Shown: piece after piece, positions 16,884 to 27,429 of the stretch
How the letters are laid out: every line of letters starts with the position of its first letter
How positions within the stretch are numbered: the stretch's first letter is position 1
Assembly (NCBI GenBank): GCA_001796355.1
Contig: MGMG01000081.1
Span: 196-64,195 of the forward strand
DNA from: Chloroflexi bacterium GWB2_54_36
GTDB lineage: Bacteria > Chloroflexota > Anaerolineae > Anaerolineales > Anaerolineaceae
Reading direction: 5' to 3'
DNA: 64,000 nucleotides
The notes under the pieces: generated by a model
Told to the model about the DNA's origin: nothing
Seen by the model: only the letters and a program-made list of their open reading frames with translations
Database searches by the model: none
Translations under genes and position numbers: made by a program

Positions 16884-17720
16884 ATGGCATCCTTTGCGTT
16901 CGGAACGGTAGGCTCCCCCATCTCGACTCCCAAAAAGCCCGGGGGCAGTGTTGGTGCGGTGCAACAAATGGCATCGCTTGGATTGGCGGCTTTAGAATTG
17001 GGCTGGGTCCAATCTGTGCGGGTTTCCGAGGAGACCTGTGCTACCATAAAAAGTACCGCCAAAGATGCGAAGGTTGCGATCAGCGTTCACGCCCCATACT
17101 TTATCAATCTAAACGGAACGGAAGAGGAATGGCCTAAGTCGCGTAAGCGGTTAATGGATGCTGCCCATTACGGCAATTTAGCTGGTGCCACCGACATCAT
17201 CTTTCATCCCGGGTCATATTTCGGCAGCCCACCTGACCAGGTGCTTGGCATTGCGATTCCACGCTTACGGGAGTGTGTGGCAGAGCTGCGCGCCAACAAA
17301 AATCCGGTGATCCTGCGGCCGGAAACGATGGGCAAATCGGCTATGCTGGGCTCGCTCGAAGACACCCTGGTCATGAGCCAGGCAATTCCCGGGGTCGAGC
17401 CCTGCCTTGATTTTGCCCATCTCCACGCCCGCGCCGGCGACGGCAGCATGAACTCGCTGGCTGAATGGACCCAGGTTCTTGCACAATATGCCAAACTTCT
17501 GGGGGAAACGTCTCTCCAGCGACTTCATATTCATCTGTCGGGCATCGAGTACGGAGCGAAGGGCGAAAAGAATCACCTACCTGTGGCTGAGTCCGACTTG
17601 GACCTTACGGGATTATTCAAGGCGCTGGCCAACGCGAAATGCGCCGGGCGCATTCTTTGCGAAAGCCCGGTGTTGGAAGAGGACGCATTGTACATGAAAC
17701 AGGTCTGGGAAAGCCTGTAA
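16884..17720 (+). CDS. nfo: Endonuclease IV-like TIM-barrel AP endonuclease (archaeal-like subtype)
   Basis: SVHAPYFINL, FHPGSY, RPETMGK, CLDFAHLHAR and HIHLSGIEYG...GEKNHLP. Confidence 0.85.
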   Translation: MASFAFGTVGSPISTPKKPGGSVGAVQQMASLGLAALELGWVQSVRVSEETCATIKSTAKDAKVAISVHAPYFINLNGTEEEWPKSRKRLMDAAHYGNLAGATDIIFHPGSYFGSPPDQVLGIAIPRLRECVAELRANKNPVILRPETMGKSAMLGSLEDTLVMSQAIPGVEPCLDFAHLHARAGDGSMNSLAEWTQVLAQYAKLLGETSLQRLHIHLSGIEYGAKGEKNHLPVAESDLDLTGLFKALANAKCAGRILCESPVLEEDALYMKQVWESL

Positions 17721-17738
17721 TCCGCACTTAAATTAAGT

Positions 17739-18398
17739 TTATAGATATTCCCGCAGATTATGTTCCACCGCGTAGGCGGCAGCTTCAGCGCGGTTACTCA
17801 CGCCCAACTTGGACAAAATGCTGCTGACGTAATTACGAACCGTGCCTTCGCCCAGAAACAGGGATTTGGCTATCTCCCGGTTTGTCTTGCCTTCTGACAC
17901 CAGCAGCAGCACATGTTTTTCTTGTGTGCTCAGCGTGGCAAAGGCTGAGGCCTCTTCTTCCTTTACTGCCCGGCGGACTTCCTGGAATACCCGCTGGGTA
18001 ACCGCCGGATCCAATAACGCCTCGCCTCGTCCGACCGCCTCAATGGCGCGGATCAGGTCCTCAGCTCCAATTTGTTTGAGTACATAACCTGAGGCTCCGG
18101 CGCGGATGGCGGAAAAGAGCATCTCGTCTTCCGCGTAGGAAGTAAGCATAATAACTCTGGTTTCCGGATAATTCTGGGTTATCTCTTCGCAGGCTTCGAT
18201 CCCGGACGTCCCCGGCAAACGAATATCCATTAAGACCACATCTGGCCGCAACTGCGCTACCTGATCAAGGGCCTCTTTAGCGGTTCCCGCCTCACCTACC
18301 ACCTCAAAGTTGGGGTGATGCTCGAGTAAAGCTTTTAAACCCAGTCGAACCACCTCGTGATCGTCAACCAGTACGATGCGCTGTTTTGCCATGGTCAT
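17739..18398 (-). CDS. NarL/LuxR-family response regulator
   Basis: [16 protein letters not shown] and C-terminal LuxR HTH (GKTNREIA...[13 protein letters not shown]). Confidence 0.95.
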   Translation of the reverse strand: MTMAKQRIVLVDDHEVVRLGLKALLEHHPNFEVVGEAGTAKEALDQVAQLRPDVVLMDIRLPGTSGIEACEEITQNYPETRVIMLTSYAEDEMLFSAIRAGASGYVLKQIGAEDLIRAIEAVGRGEALLDPAVTQRVFQEVRRAVKEEEASAFATLSTQEKHVLLLVSEGKTNREIAKSLFLGEGTVRNYVSSILSKLGVSNRAEAAAYAVEHNLREYL

Positions 18399-18469
18399 TG
18401 TCTCCAGCTGTGAGTATATCAGAGTTTGTATGGGTTAATCTATATATTGCTTATTAGACTACACGCAAT

Positions 18470-19231
18470 TTAGTCGATATCCAGAGTTACTGGACAATGA
18501 TCCGACCCCATCACCTGATCCTGGATGGTAACCGTTCGAACGCTGTCCATCAATGCGTTGGAAACCAGGTGATAATCCAAACGCCAGCCGACATTCCGGG
18601 CGCGTGCATTGGAAATGTACGTCCACCAGGTATACTGGATGCGCTCCGGGTACAACTTCCGGTAGGCATCTGTAAAACCATTCTCAAGGTAGCGCGTGAC
18701 CCAGGCGCGTTCCTCTGGCAGGAAACCGGATGTATTGCTGTTCTGTTTGGGATGGGTCAAATCGATCTCCTGATGGGCGGTGTTGAAGTCGCCGGTAATG
18801 ATGATTTTTTGGTCATGATCGTGTAAATCACCGCACAATCCCAACAGGCGGGCATAAAAATCCAGCTTGTACTCGACCCGGTCCTGCCCGCGCTGCCCGT
18901 TGGGGAAATATATATTGAACAATGTAAATTTAGGGAAACGCAGCCAAACCACCCGGCCTTCCGAATCAAAGCGCGGATCATCCAGCCCAAACCCTGTTTC
19001 CAGCGGCGGAATGCGGGTAAATAATGCAACCCCGCTGTAACCCGGACGTTCCGCTGGATTCCAAAAAGCGGTGTAACCATCCCATGATCGGTATATTTCT
19101 TCGATCTGTTCCGGGCGTGCTTTTACCTCTTGCAAGCAGATAACGTCGGAATCATCCTTTTGCAACCAATCACCAAAACCTTTTTTCAATACTGCTCGAT
19201 AACCGTTGACATTCCAAGTGGTTATTTTCAT
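18470..19231 (-). CDS. xth: Exodeoxyribonuclease III
   Basis: MKITTWNVNG, CLQEVKA, GYSGVA, YFPNG, GDFNTAH, GWRLDY and GSDHCP; start placed at ATG 19231. Confidence 0.96.
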   Translation of the reverse strand: MKITTWNVNGYRAVLKKGFGDWLQKDDSDVICLQEVKARPEQIEEIYRSWDGYTAFWNPAERPGYSGVALFTRIPPLETGFGLDDPRFDSEGRVVWLRFPKFTLFNIYFPNGQRGQDRVEYKLDFYARLLGLCGDLHDHDQKIIITGDFNTAHQEIDLTHPKQNSNTSGFLPEERAWVTRYLENGFTDAYRKLYPERIQYTWWTYISNARARNVGWRLDYHLVSNALMDSVRTVTIQDQVMGSDHCPVTLDID

Positions 19232-19337
19232 ATTTGTTTTTAAGGTTTTTCCCTCTGCTGTGGTAAACTTAATTTCTACTTGGCCAGTTGCGTTGCGCTC
19301 TTGCAACCGTCCGGGTAAATTCGACCAGGAACGATAT

Positions 19338-19733
19338 ATGCTTCAGTCTGATCCGCGTAGCATTATTTACATCGAAGACGACCAAGAAATGATTGATCTG
19401 GTCGCTATGATTCTAAGCCGGCGCGGGTATGAAGTAAAGGGTATCCAAGGCGGGCGGGCCGGATTGTCAGCCATCATCGAGGAAAAACCTGACCTGATTT
19501 TGCTCGACCTTATGATGCCCGACGTTGACGGGTGGGATATTTTTCAGCAAATCCGCTCTCGCGAAGATACGAGTGCCATCCCGGTGATTATCATCACTGC
19601 AAAAGCCCAGGCAATCGATAAGGTTCTGGGTTTGCATATTGCGAAAGCCAATGACTATATTTGCAAGCCCTTCCGGCCGCAGGAACTACTCGATAGCATC
19701 GACAAGGTCCTTAAGCCGGGACAAGCCGCTTGA
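19338..19733 (+). CDS. Single-domain response regulator (receiver)
   Basis: YIEDD, LLDLMMP, IITAKA and KPF; start placed at ATG 19338 to avoid overlapping xth. Confidence 0.9.
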   Translation: MLQSDPRSIIYIEDDQEMIDLVAMILSRRGYEVKGIQGGRAGLSAIIEEKPDLILLDLMMPDVDGWDIFQQIRSREDTSAIPVIIITAKAQAIDKVLGLHIAKANDYICKPFRPQELLDSIDKVLKPGQAA

Positions 19734-19760
19734 TCCAACCGAACGGATCACTACTGGCGT

Positions 19761-20132
19761 ATGACCAGAACCGTCACGATCCAAAATTACACCAACCCGC
19801 TCGACGCTCCCATTCGCGCGCAAAATTGCGCCGATTTTTGGAGCAAATTTCGCGGATTAATGCTGCAAAGTTCCATCCCGCTCGATGGTGGTGCTCTACT
19901 CGCTGAAGATAAAAGCAGCCGGATGAATGCATCCATTCATATGCTGTTCATGCGGTTCGACATCGCGGCTATTTGGATCGACTCAGATATGATAGTCGTC
20001 GACGTGCAAATTGCCCGCCGCTGGCGGCTGGCTTACATGCCAGCAAAACCAGCCCGTTATATTCTCGAAACACACGTAAACCAGGCAAAGCATTTTAAAA
20101 TTGGAGACCAGGTCTCATTCACCTATGATTAA
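19761..20132 (+). CDS. DUF192 family protein
   Basis: KFRGLM, IHMLFMRFDI and ARYILET. Confidence 0.85.
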   Translation: MTRTVTIQNYTNPLDAPIRAQNCADFWSKFRGLMLQSSIPLDGGALLAEDKSSRMNASIHMLFMRFDIAAIWIDSDMIVVDVQIARRWRLAYMPAKPARYILETHVNQAKHFKIGDQVSFTYD

Positions 20133-21534
20133 ACGATTGATAGCTATCTTCCTCGCTGTTATTCAAATTTTTTCCTTCTTTACCCCCGCGTTAGCCCAGA
20201 CCGGCGGGGATTTGCCGGTCTATATTGTTCAGCCTGGTGATTCGCTAAACTTAATCGCGGTCCGTTTTGGCATCTCCGCTGAAGATCTGATCGCCGCCAA
20301 TGACCTGGCCGACCCGAATGTGCTGAATGTTGGCACTGCGCTGCGCATCCCCGGATTGGAAGGCTTTTCCGGCACCCTTACCACCGACGTAGCGGGGTTA
20401 GGTGCCACATTGACCGGTCTGAGCCGCCAGTATCAGTTCTCAAGAGATCTTATTGTCGACTTGAATCGCATTACAAGCCCAGCCGAGATTTATGTTGGCT
20501 CAACATTGGTCCTCCCCTTGCTGGAAGAAACGACTGCCATGCAGCCGGCTGCCCCGATTCACACAGGCGATTCATTCCTCGAGACTGCCGTCAAGCAGAA
20601 TAAAAACCCGTGGGCCATCCTAGAAACGAATGCAGCCCCTGGTTCCGCTGCGCTTTTACCGCTCGAACGGTTGGTATCTGCCGTAGGAGCTGAAACAGGC
20701 AGTATATTAGGATCCGACCTGGTGCAATCAGTCGATATCAATCCGCTGCCGCTCCGCCAAGGAAAAACCGAAGTCATCACAGTCAAGACCACAGGTCCGG
20801 CCAGCCTGAGCGGCGAACTCAATGGCAAACCACTGAATTTTTTCCAGGTTGCAGATAACGAATACGCTGCTATCCAGGGCGTTCATTCGCTGGCGCAGCC
20901 TGGCCTGACGGGAATCAAAGTTCAGGTGGAGGCGCCGGCTGCCGACCCATTCACCATTGAACAATCCATCCTGGTTGAATCTGAGTTTTATCCGCAAGAT
21001 CCGCCGTTATATGTGGATCCTGAAACTCTCGATGAAGCGTTTACTCAGCCAGAGGACGAAATCGTTCGCGAAACTACTACTCCGGTAACTCCGGAACGCT
21101 ATTGGACTGAAATTTTCAAAATCCCAGTTGATGAACCCTGGTGTATTAAGTCCGGGTATGGCAATCGCCGTTCTTACAACGGCAGTCCGTTCACTTATTT
21201 TCACTCGGGGGTCGATTACGGCGTCTGCGCCAATTTGAATATCTATGCTCCCGCACCCGGCCGGGTGGTTTTCAGCGGTGAATTAACCGTGCGCGGGATC
21301 GCCACCATCATCGATCACGGCTGGGGTATTTACAGTGGTATGTACCACCAATCCAAAACACTGGTAAAAGTCGGTGATTTTGTAGAAGCTGGCCAGTTGA
21401 TTGGTGAAATCGGGGGAACCGGCCGCGTAACCGGTCCACACTTACACTGGGAGGTTTTTGCCAACGGCATACAGGTCGAGCCTTTGGATTGGCTGGACCA
21501 CCTTTACCCGGAAGATTTCCTTCCTGCCCCCTAA
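20125..21534 (+). CDS. Secreted LysM + M23 metallopeptidase
   Basis: Signal peptide, LysM (YIVQPGDSLNLIA), HSGVDY, YHQS and TGPHLHWEV; start placed at ATG 20125. Confidence 0.9.
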   Translation: MIKRLIAIFLAVIQIFSFFTPALAQTGGDLPVYIVQPGDSLNLIAVRFGISAEDLIAANDLADPNVLNVGTALRIPGLEGFSGTLTTDVAGLGATLTGLSRQYQFSRDLIVDLNRITSPAEIYVGSTLVLPLLEETTAMQPAAPIHTGDSFLETAVKQNKNPWAILETNAAPGSAALLPLERLVSAVGAETGSILGSDLVQSVDINPLPLRQGKTEVITVKTTGPASLSGELNGKPLNFFQVADNEYAAIQGVHSLAQPGLTGIKVQVEAPAADPFTIEQSILVESEFYPQDPPLYVDPETLDEAFTQPEDEIVRETTTPVTPERYWTEIFKIPVDEPWCIKSGYGNRRSYNGSPFTYFHSGVDYGVCANLNIYAPAPGRVVFSGELTVRGIATIIDHGWGIYSGMYHQSKTLVKVGDFVEAGQLIGEIGGTGRVTGPHLHWEVFANGIQVEPLDWLDHLYPEDFLPAP

Positions 21535-21616
21535 AGGTAAGGTATAATGAGCGAGTGGTTTACCAACAGCCCGCAATTAGGGCTGATTCGAACAACAAGG
21601 TGAGAACTGCATTAAG

Positions 21617-23203
21617 ATGTCGATTGCCCCATTAACTCTGCAAGCGAACTACTGGGAAAGTTTTGAACTCCAGGACGAAGACCTGGAATACCTTTACAAC
21701 CATTTGCTGGAAATCGAGACGCCGCTAACCTCCCGTGAGTTGGCGGAGGTACTGGTTAAAGAACGCATCCGGTTCGAAACGGAAGAGATCAAAAAGCAAA
21801 TTGGCAATGGGGCGACATATTTTCCAAAAGATCATTACAAGGTGGGGGACAAAATCCGGTTCCCAGCGTTAAAGTGGGAAGCGGGAAAAATCGCCGGCAT
21901 CCGGCCGGGCACTAATCCCGAATATAGCCCTTTTGAAGTCATCGAAGTCGAATTTAATACTTTTGGCAAGCGCGCCTTTGCCTCCGGCGTCGAAAACCAT
22001 CCACTCAACGCACCGATTGGATTGAGCACCGACGATCCTGCCCTGAACCTGCAGACTGTCATATCGCAGCACACTAAATCGATTCAAGCCAAGCTGGCCG
22101 AAAAATTTAATGCGGTGCCCGATCTTGTGCAGATTGCTGGCGCATGGTTCCCGCGCTCATTGCTGGTGGACGTCAATATCGGACATCTGAATCTGGCTGA
22201 GGCCGTTTTGGAAATGGCAGATGGTGGTCCGCTGCCCACCCGCCCCATCTTGGAACAAATTGAGCTGCCAACGGATGTCAACCTGAAATTGACCGAATTT
22301 TCGATGAATCTGGCGCTCCAGGAAGACGAGCGTTTCGATGAAGTCGGCCCTAGCGGTGAAACTTTATGGTTCTTGCAGCGTCTGGAACCGGAAGGGGTGC
22401 GGACAATACCGTTCCACCTGCGCTATCAGACTCCCTCAAACCTAGCCGCACTGGAAAACACGGACCTGGCCGCTGACCTCAATTCTATGGTCTTCGACGA
22501 ACTCGAGACTGAAGACGACCAGCCATCCCGCGGGAACCACATTACGGTCAGTTTGATTTACCCGCACTGGCGCAGCGGCACAATCCCGCTCTCGAAAAGC
22601 ATTGCCCGCCTGCTGCCCACCGCCTATGAAGCCCCCCGCGTCAACTTCACCTTTGTCGATGAAGATACCCACAAGGAATTCCCAGGCTGGGTGGTACGCC
22701 CACACCGCTATGTCTTCGGTCTCAAGGAATGGTACGAGGAAAAATCCTTGATCCCCGGCTCTCTGTTTGTTATAAAACAGGGAAAGATACCCGGGCAGGT
22801 TTTAATCCAGGCATTGAAAAAACGTCCCACGAAAGATTGGATCCGCACGGTTCTGGTTGGGACCGACGGGGGCGTTGTATTTACCATGCTCAAACAACAG
22901 ATCAGCAACGACCTGGATGACCGAATGGCGATCATGGTTCCCGACCCTGAAGCGATCGACAAACTGTGGGAACAGACCGGAAAAGCGCGCGGGACCCTGG
23001 AAGTTTCCATCATCAACACAATGCGCGAATTGATCAAACTGTCTCCACAGGGGCATGTTCATGCTCAGGAGCTGTATGCGGGCGTTAATATCCTCCGCCG
23101 CTGCCCGCCCGGCATCATCCTGCAAGTTCTCGCCAATCAACCGCAGGTGTCTCACCTGGGGGACTTATATTTCAAATTGGACGAGACGGCCTCCGAGGAG
23201 TAA
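21617..23203 (+). CDS. Hypothetical protein with several winged-HTH-like segments
   Basis: 528-aa ORF with normal codon usage, -10-like GGTATAAT upstream; the fold assignment is inference only. Confidence 0.75.
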   Translation: MSIAPLTLQANYWESFELQDEDLEYLYNHLLEIETPLTSRELAEVLVKERIRFETEEIKKQIGNGATYFPKDHYKVGDKIRFPALKWEAGKIAGIRPGTNPEYSPFEVIEVEFNTFGKRAFASGVENHPLNAPIGLSTDDPALNLQTVISQHTKSIQAKLAEKFNAVPDLVQIAGAWFPRSLLVDVNIGHLNLAEAVLEMADGGPLPTRPILEQIELPTDVNLKLTEFSMNLALQEDERFDEVGPSGETLWFLQRLEPEGVRTIPFHLRYQTPSNLAALENTDLAADLNSMVFDELETEDDQPSRGNHITVSLIYPHWRSGTIPLSKSIARLLPTAYEAPRVNFTFVDEDTHKEFPGWVVRPHRYVFGLKEWYEEKSLIPGSLFVIKQGKIPGQVLIQALKKRPTKDWIRTVLVGTDGGVVFTMLKQQISNDLDDRMAIMVPDPEAIDKLWEQTGKARGTLEVSIINTMRELIKLSPQGHVHAQELYAGVNILRRCPPGIILQVLANQPQVSHLGDLYFKLDETASEE

Positions 23204-23207
23204 GTTC

Positions 23208-23642
23208 ATGATTGCCTCCGGCAAATTTAGCCTGGTAAAGCCCACCATTGAAACACCATTCAAAATCGATTTTGAATGGTGGAAAACACATGACCACAAC
23301 TGGCGGGTTTATCTTTTTAGCTTTTTATGCGCTGAGCATCAGCAAGTATTTGAGAATGTCGGCGACCAGGCCTGGATCGATTGGATCGATCCGGAAACCG
23401 CTGAAGTCACCCAGGTGGACGGTCTGCAACACATTTTGATGACCCACTGCGCGCTCCAACCTGAATTTGTAAATTCAACGACCACCCTGGTCGATGCAGT
23501 TTTTCGCGTTCTGCTTTCCAATGGCAACACCCCCATTTCGCCGGCTGAACTTTCAGATCGCGTCAACAAGCCAGCCGAAACCATTTTGCGAACTCTTTCT
23601 GGCCCGCGGGTTTATCAAGGCATTCGACCGGCGCACTCGTAG
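23208..23642 (+). CDS. Hypothetical protein with C-terminal HTH-like segment
   Basis: ATG 4 nt after the previous stop; PISPAELSDRVNKPAETILRTL. Confidence 0.7.
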   Translation: MIASGKFSLVKPTIETPFKIDFEWWKTHDHNWRVYLFSFLCAEHQQVFENVGDQAWIDWIDPETAEVTQVDGLQHILMTHCALQPEFVNSTTTLVDAVFRVLLSNGNTPISPAELSDRVNKPAETILRTLSGPRVYQGIRPAHS

Positions 23643-23690
23643 TCTCAATCAAAGTAGATGCGGCTCGCGAGCCGCCCCTGCAATACCAAA

Positions 23691-23717
23691 TTGACGGTCA
23701 GATACATGTGCTATAAT
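23691..23717 (+). promoter_or_regulatory. Putative tRNA promoter
   Basis: Extended -10 TG-C-TATAAT at 23709-23717; TTGACG lies 15 nt upstream of the -10. Confidence 0.55.
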
Positions 23718-23747
23718 AATTTTCAGGCGTCGAAAACCGCTTCGTAC

Positions 23748-23820
23748 GCCCCTGTAGCTCAATGGACAGAGCACCGGACTTCTAATCCGATGGTTGTGAG
23801 TTCGAGTCTCACCAGGGGCG
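23748..23820 (+). tRNA. tRNA-Arg (anticodon TCT), CCA not encoded
   Basis: Cloverleaf: GCCCCTG/CAGGGGC acceptor, GCTC/GAGC D-stem, CTTCTAA anticodon loop, GTGAG-TTCGAGT-CTCAC T-arm; one C-A mismatch at the top of the anticodon stem. Confidence 0.96.
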
Positions 23821-23848
23821 CTGCATCCTTCTTTCAGAGGAGATAACC

Positions 23849-24367
23849 ATGATTGAAAGAAAAGGTGTTTTCACCTTTCGTAACCGTGATGTAATCATTA
23901 TCGGTGAGGATGTTAAACCGGGCGACCAGGCTGCCGAGTTTGAAGTATTAAACCAGGATTTTGAAGCCATTAAAGGGCTGGCAAGCACTGTCGGCAAGGT
24001 GCGCATCATTGCCGCCGTTCCTTCTCTGGAAACCTCGGTTTGCGACCGCGAAACCCGCCGGTTTAATCAGGAAGCCGCCAATCTGAGCAAAGATGTCGCC
24101 GTCCTGGTGGTCAGCATGGATTTGCCGTACACCCAAAAACGGTGGTGCGGCGCGGCAGGCATTGACCAGGTAACCGTGGTCTCAGACGCAAACCATAAAG
24201 AGTTTGGTCCCCGCTATGGAGTGCTGCTGAAAGAGATTGGCGTTTTTCGCCGGGCGATTTTTGTGGTTGACAAAAAAGGCTTCATCACGTACGCAGCTTA
24301 CATGCCGGTGTTGGGCGATGAACCGAATTACGAGGAAGTCATAGCTGCTGCCCGAAAGCTGGTCTGA
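23849..24367 (+). CDS. tpx: Thiol peroxidase (atypical 2-Cys peroxiredoxin)
   Basis: VPSLETSVCDRETRRFN, SMDLPYTQKRWC and RAIFVVD. Confidence 0.92.
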   Translation: MIERKGVFTFRNRDVIIIGEDVKPGDQAAEFEVLNQDFEAIKGLASTVGKVRIIAAVPSLETSVCDRETRRFNQEAANLSKDVAVLVVSMDLPYTQKRWCGAAGIDQVTVVSDANHKEFGPRYGVLLKEIGVFRRAIFVVDKKGFITYAAYMPVLGDEPNYEEVIAAARKLV

Positions 24368-24400
24368 TTCAAGTTTTAGCGGGAAATTGGTGGAGGTAAG

Positions 24401-24832
24401 ATGATCACTGTAATATTTAAACCCAGACAGGTTCGCCCTGGGTATTCCATTGCTGAAGATCCTCTGGTCAATTTTGCCGGAAATCGTAATTATCGCCCGA
24501 ACTATCAGAGCCGTACCTGGCGCCCCTCCACAGACATCTATGAAACGGAAGAGAATATCAGCGTCCTGGTCGAAATTGCCGGTATGGACGAGGAAGATTT
24601 TTCGATCAGTATGGACCGGAATGTGCTCAACATTCAGGGAGTACGGCCTTCCCCGGTGGAAGAGCGGCGGGCTGTTCACCAGATGGAGATCCCATTTGGC
24701 GAATTTTCGGTCGAAATCGTCTTTTCGATGGAAGTGGATTTGAACCGGGTTACCGCAACCTACAACAACGGTTTTCTTAACATCATCTTGCCTAAAGAAC
24801 CACCCAAACACATCGACCTTACGAGAGAATAA
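24401..24832 (+). CDS. Hsp20/alpha-crystallin small heat-shock protein
   Basis: WRPSTDIYET, LVEIAGM, GEFSVEI and YNNGFLNIILPK. Confidence 0.92.
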   Translation: MITVIFKPRQVRPGYSIAEDPLVNFAGNRNYRPNYQSRTWRPSTDIYETEENISVLVEIAGMDEEDFSISMDRNVLNIQGVRPSPVEERRAVHQMEIPFGEFSVEIVFSMEVDLNRVTATYNNGFLNIILPKEPPKHIDLTRE

Positions 24833-24841
24833 CGAGCAACC

Positions 24842-27424
24842 ATGCCAGCATCCAGGTGGAATGTCGATCTTAGCCACATGTTATATGAAGCCGAGACAGA
24901 AGAAGGAAATTACGAAGAAATCTATTTTGGCTCTGCTGATTCTGAATTTGAAGGGCTTGTCGAAGAGCAAACCGGCCCTGAACCGGACTTTGTCGAAGAA
25001 TCCACGGTAAAACTGCCGGATGTTTTACCAATCCTGCCCCTGCGCGGATTAGTGGTTTATCCTCAAACTGGCGTGCCGCTCACCATTGGCCAACCGCGCT
25101 CCATCCGCCTGGTGGATGATGTCGTAGTTGGCGACCGCATGATCGGTTTGATAGCTTCCAAAGATCCCGAGCAAGAAAATCCCGGCCCGGAAAATCTCTA
25201 TCAGATTGGGACAGCGGCTTTAATTCACCGGTTGTTCCGCGCGCCAGACGGGACGATACGGCTGCTGGTGCAGGGTATTTCCCGCTTCAAGGTTGTTGAA
25301 TATACATCGCTAGAGCCCTATTTGCAGGCCAAAGTGGAGCCGCACGCAGAGACGCAGGAAGAAGGAATCGAGGTCGATGCCCTGGCGCGTAATATCCGCG
25401 ACCAGTTTGGCCATATCGCTGAAATGATTCCCTCCATGCCGCGCGAACTGGTGGCATCGATTGCCAGCCTTACTGATCCGTTGGCAACAGTTTATTCCAT
25501 CGCCAATTTACAGCGGATGGAAATTGCGGACGCCCAGGAAATTCTGGAAGTCGATTCGATTAGCGCAAAACTACACAAACTGGTCTCTTTGTTGACCCGG
25601 GAGAGCGAGGTCCTCGAGCTAAGCCAAAAAATTCAGAAAGAAGCGCGCTCAGAAATAGACAAAGTTCAACGTGAGTACTTCTTACGCGAACAACTCAAAG
25701 CCATCCAGCGCGAACTGGGCGAGGAGGATGAGCAGGCCGCAGACGTTGAAGAATTCCGCAAGAAGATCGAAGCCGTAACCATGCCAGAGGAAGCCGGAAC
25801 GCTCGCCCGGCGTGAACTGGAACGCCTCTCCCGCCTGCCTACCGCAGCCGCGGAATACGGCGTCATCCGAACCTATCTCGATTGGCTGGTCTCGATCCCC
25901 TGGTCAACCAGTACCCCGGATAATCTCGATATTTCTCACGCGCGCGAGGTGCTGGACGCCGACCACTACGGCCTGGAAGACATCAAAGAACGCATCCTGG
26001 AATATCTGGCCATCCGCAAGCTGCGCCACGAACGTCGTGAGGAATTTGCCGGTCAGACCAGCGAAGATAAAATCCGCAAAGAGCGCGAAGGCGTCATTCT
26101 GTGCTTTATAGGCCCGCCTGGCGTCGGAAAAACCAGCCTGGGCATGTCTATCAGCCGTGCGATGGGACGCAAATTTATCCGCATCTCGCTTGGCGGCGTG
26201 CGAGATGAAGCAGAGATTCGCGGTCACCGCCGGACTTACATCGGCGCCATGCCCGGCCGGATCATCCAGGCGCTACGACGAGCGGAAACTCGCAACCCGG
26301 TATTCATGCTGGATGAGATCGACAAGTTGAGTTTTGACTTCCGCGGCGACCCGGCCTCCGCTCTGCTCGAAGTCCTCGACCCGGAACAAAATGTCGAATT
26401 CCGGGATAATTACATCGAGGTAGCCTTCGATCTTTCGCAGGTGATGTTCATTACCACAGCCAACCAACTGGAGACCATTCCAGGGCCGCTTCTCGACCGG
26501 ATGGAAATCATCCACCTTTCCGGATATACCGAAAACGAGAAACTGCAAATCGCCAAGCGGTATCTCATACCCCGGCAGTTCCGTGAAAATAGCCTGCGCG
26601 AAGGTGAAATTGAATTCAGCGATAAAGCAATTGCCGCCATTATCCGCAGCTACACCCGTGAGTCGGGCGTACGCAGCCTGGAGCGGGAAATCGGTGGAAT
26701 TTGCCGAAAGATCGTCACCCGCATTACAGAAGGCAAGACCGAAAAAGTGGTGATCGACGCGGACATGGTGCGCGAGCTGCTTGGCCGACCGAAATATTTG
26801 GCGACCGAGGAAATTCAACGCCGCCTGGAAGTTCCCGGGGTTGCCACCGGATTGGCCTGGACGCCGGTTGGCGGAGATATTTTATTCATCGAGGCCACGC
26901 GCATGCCGGGCAGCAAAGGATTTATGACCACCGGTTCGGTTGGCAAGGTCATGCAGGAATCAGCTCAGGCGGCGTTGTCCTACGTCCGTTCGCGGACCTC
27001 CATTTTGGGCATCGATGATGCATCCTTTGAGCGTTCCGATCTTCACCTGCACATTCCGGCAGGCGCCCAGCCAAAAGATGGTCCTTCGGCAGGCGTCACC
27101 ATGGCTACCGCGCTGGTGTCGTTGATGACCGGCAAACTGGTACGATCGGATGTCGGGATGACTGGGGAGATCACCCTGCGCGGGCAGGTATTACCGGTTG
27201 GTGGGATTAAAGAGAAGATTCTGGCAGCCCACCGCGCCGGACTCAAAACGATTATCCTGCCGCGCGAAAACGAACCAGACCTGGAGGAACTACCTGAGGA
27301 AGTTCACCAGGCGATTAATTTTATTCTGGTCGATACTATGGATGAGGTGCTTAGCCAGGCATTAGAACCCCTCCCTCAGCCCGACCCGGTTAAAACCTCA
27401 GACGCAACCCATTCAAGCGAATAA
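24842..27424 (+). CDS. lon: ATP-dependent protease La
   Basis: LPILPLRG, Walker [24 protein letters not shown] (Ser) and GGIKEK (Lys); acidic N-terminal extension. Confidence 0.97.
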   Translation: MPASRWNVDLSHMLYEAETEEGNYEEIYFGSADSEFEGLVEEQTGPEPDFVEESTVKLPDVLPILPLRGLVVYPQTGVPLTIGQPRSIRLVDDVVVGDRMIGLIASKDPEQENPGPENLYQIGTAALIHRLFRAPDGTIRLLVQGISRFKVVEYTSLEPYLQAKVEPHAETQEEGIEVDALARNIRDQFGHIAEMIPSMPRELVASIASLTDPLATVYSIANLQRMEIADAQEILEVDSISAKLHKLVSLLTRESEVLELSQKIQKEARSEIDKVQREYFLREQLKAIQRELGEEDEQAADVEEFRKKIEAVTMPEEAGTLARRELERLSRLPTAAAEYGVIRTYLDWLVSIPWSTSTPDNLDISHAREVLDADHYGLEDIKERILEYLAIRKLRHERREEFAGQTSEDKIRKEREGVILCFIGPPGVGKTSLGMSISRAMGRKFIRISLGGVRDEAEIRGHRRTYIGAMPGRIIQALRRAETRNPVFMLDEIDKLSFDFRGDPASALLEVLDPEQNVEFRDNYIEVAFDLSQVMFITTANQLETIPGPLLDRMEIIHLSGYTENEKLQIAKRYLIPRQFRENSLREGEIEFSDKAIAAIIRSYTRESGVRSLEREIGGICRKIVTRITEGKTEKVVIDADMVRELLGRPKYLATEEIQRRLEVPGVATGLAWTPVGGDILFIEATRMPGSKGFMTTGSVGKVMQESAQAALSYVRSRTSILGIDDASFERSDLHLHIPAGAQPKDGPSAGVTMATALVSLMTGKLVRSDVGMTGEITLRGQVLPVGGIKEKILAAHRAGLKTIILPRENEPDLEELPEEVHQAINFILVDTMDEVLSQALEPLPQPDPVKTSDATHSSE

Positions 27425-27429
27425 TCCTT

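Noticed and set aside
23660-23675. Perfect 16-bp palindrome GCGGCTCGCGAGCCGC
   Set aside because: Single copy with no U-tract and no repeats elsewhere. It is most simply a 3' stabilising hairpin between the hypothetical gene and the tRNA promoter, not a repeat family.
23748-23900. tRNA-Arg as an integration site for a genomic island
   Set aside because: No integrase or transposase in the window, no duplicated tRNA 3' end seen, and the flanking genes are housekeeping.
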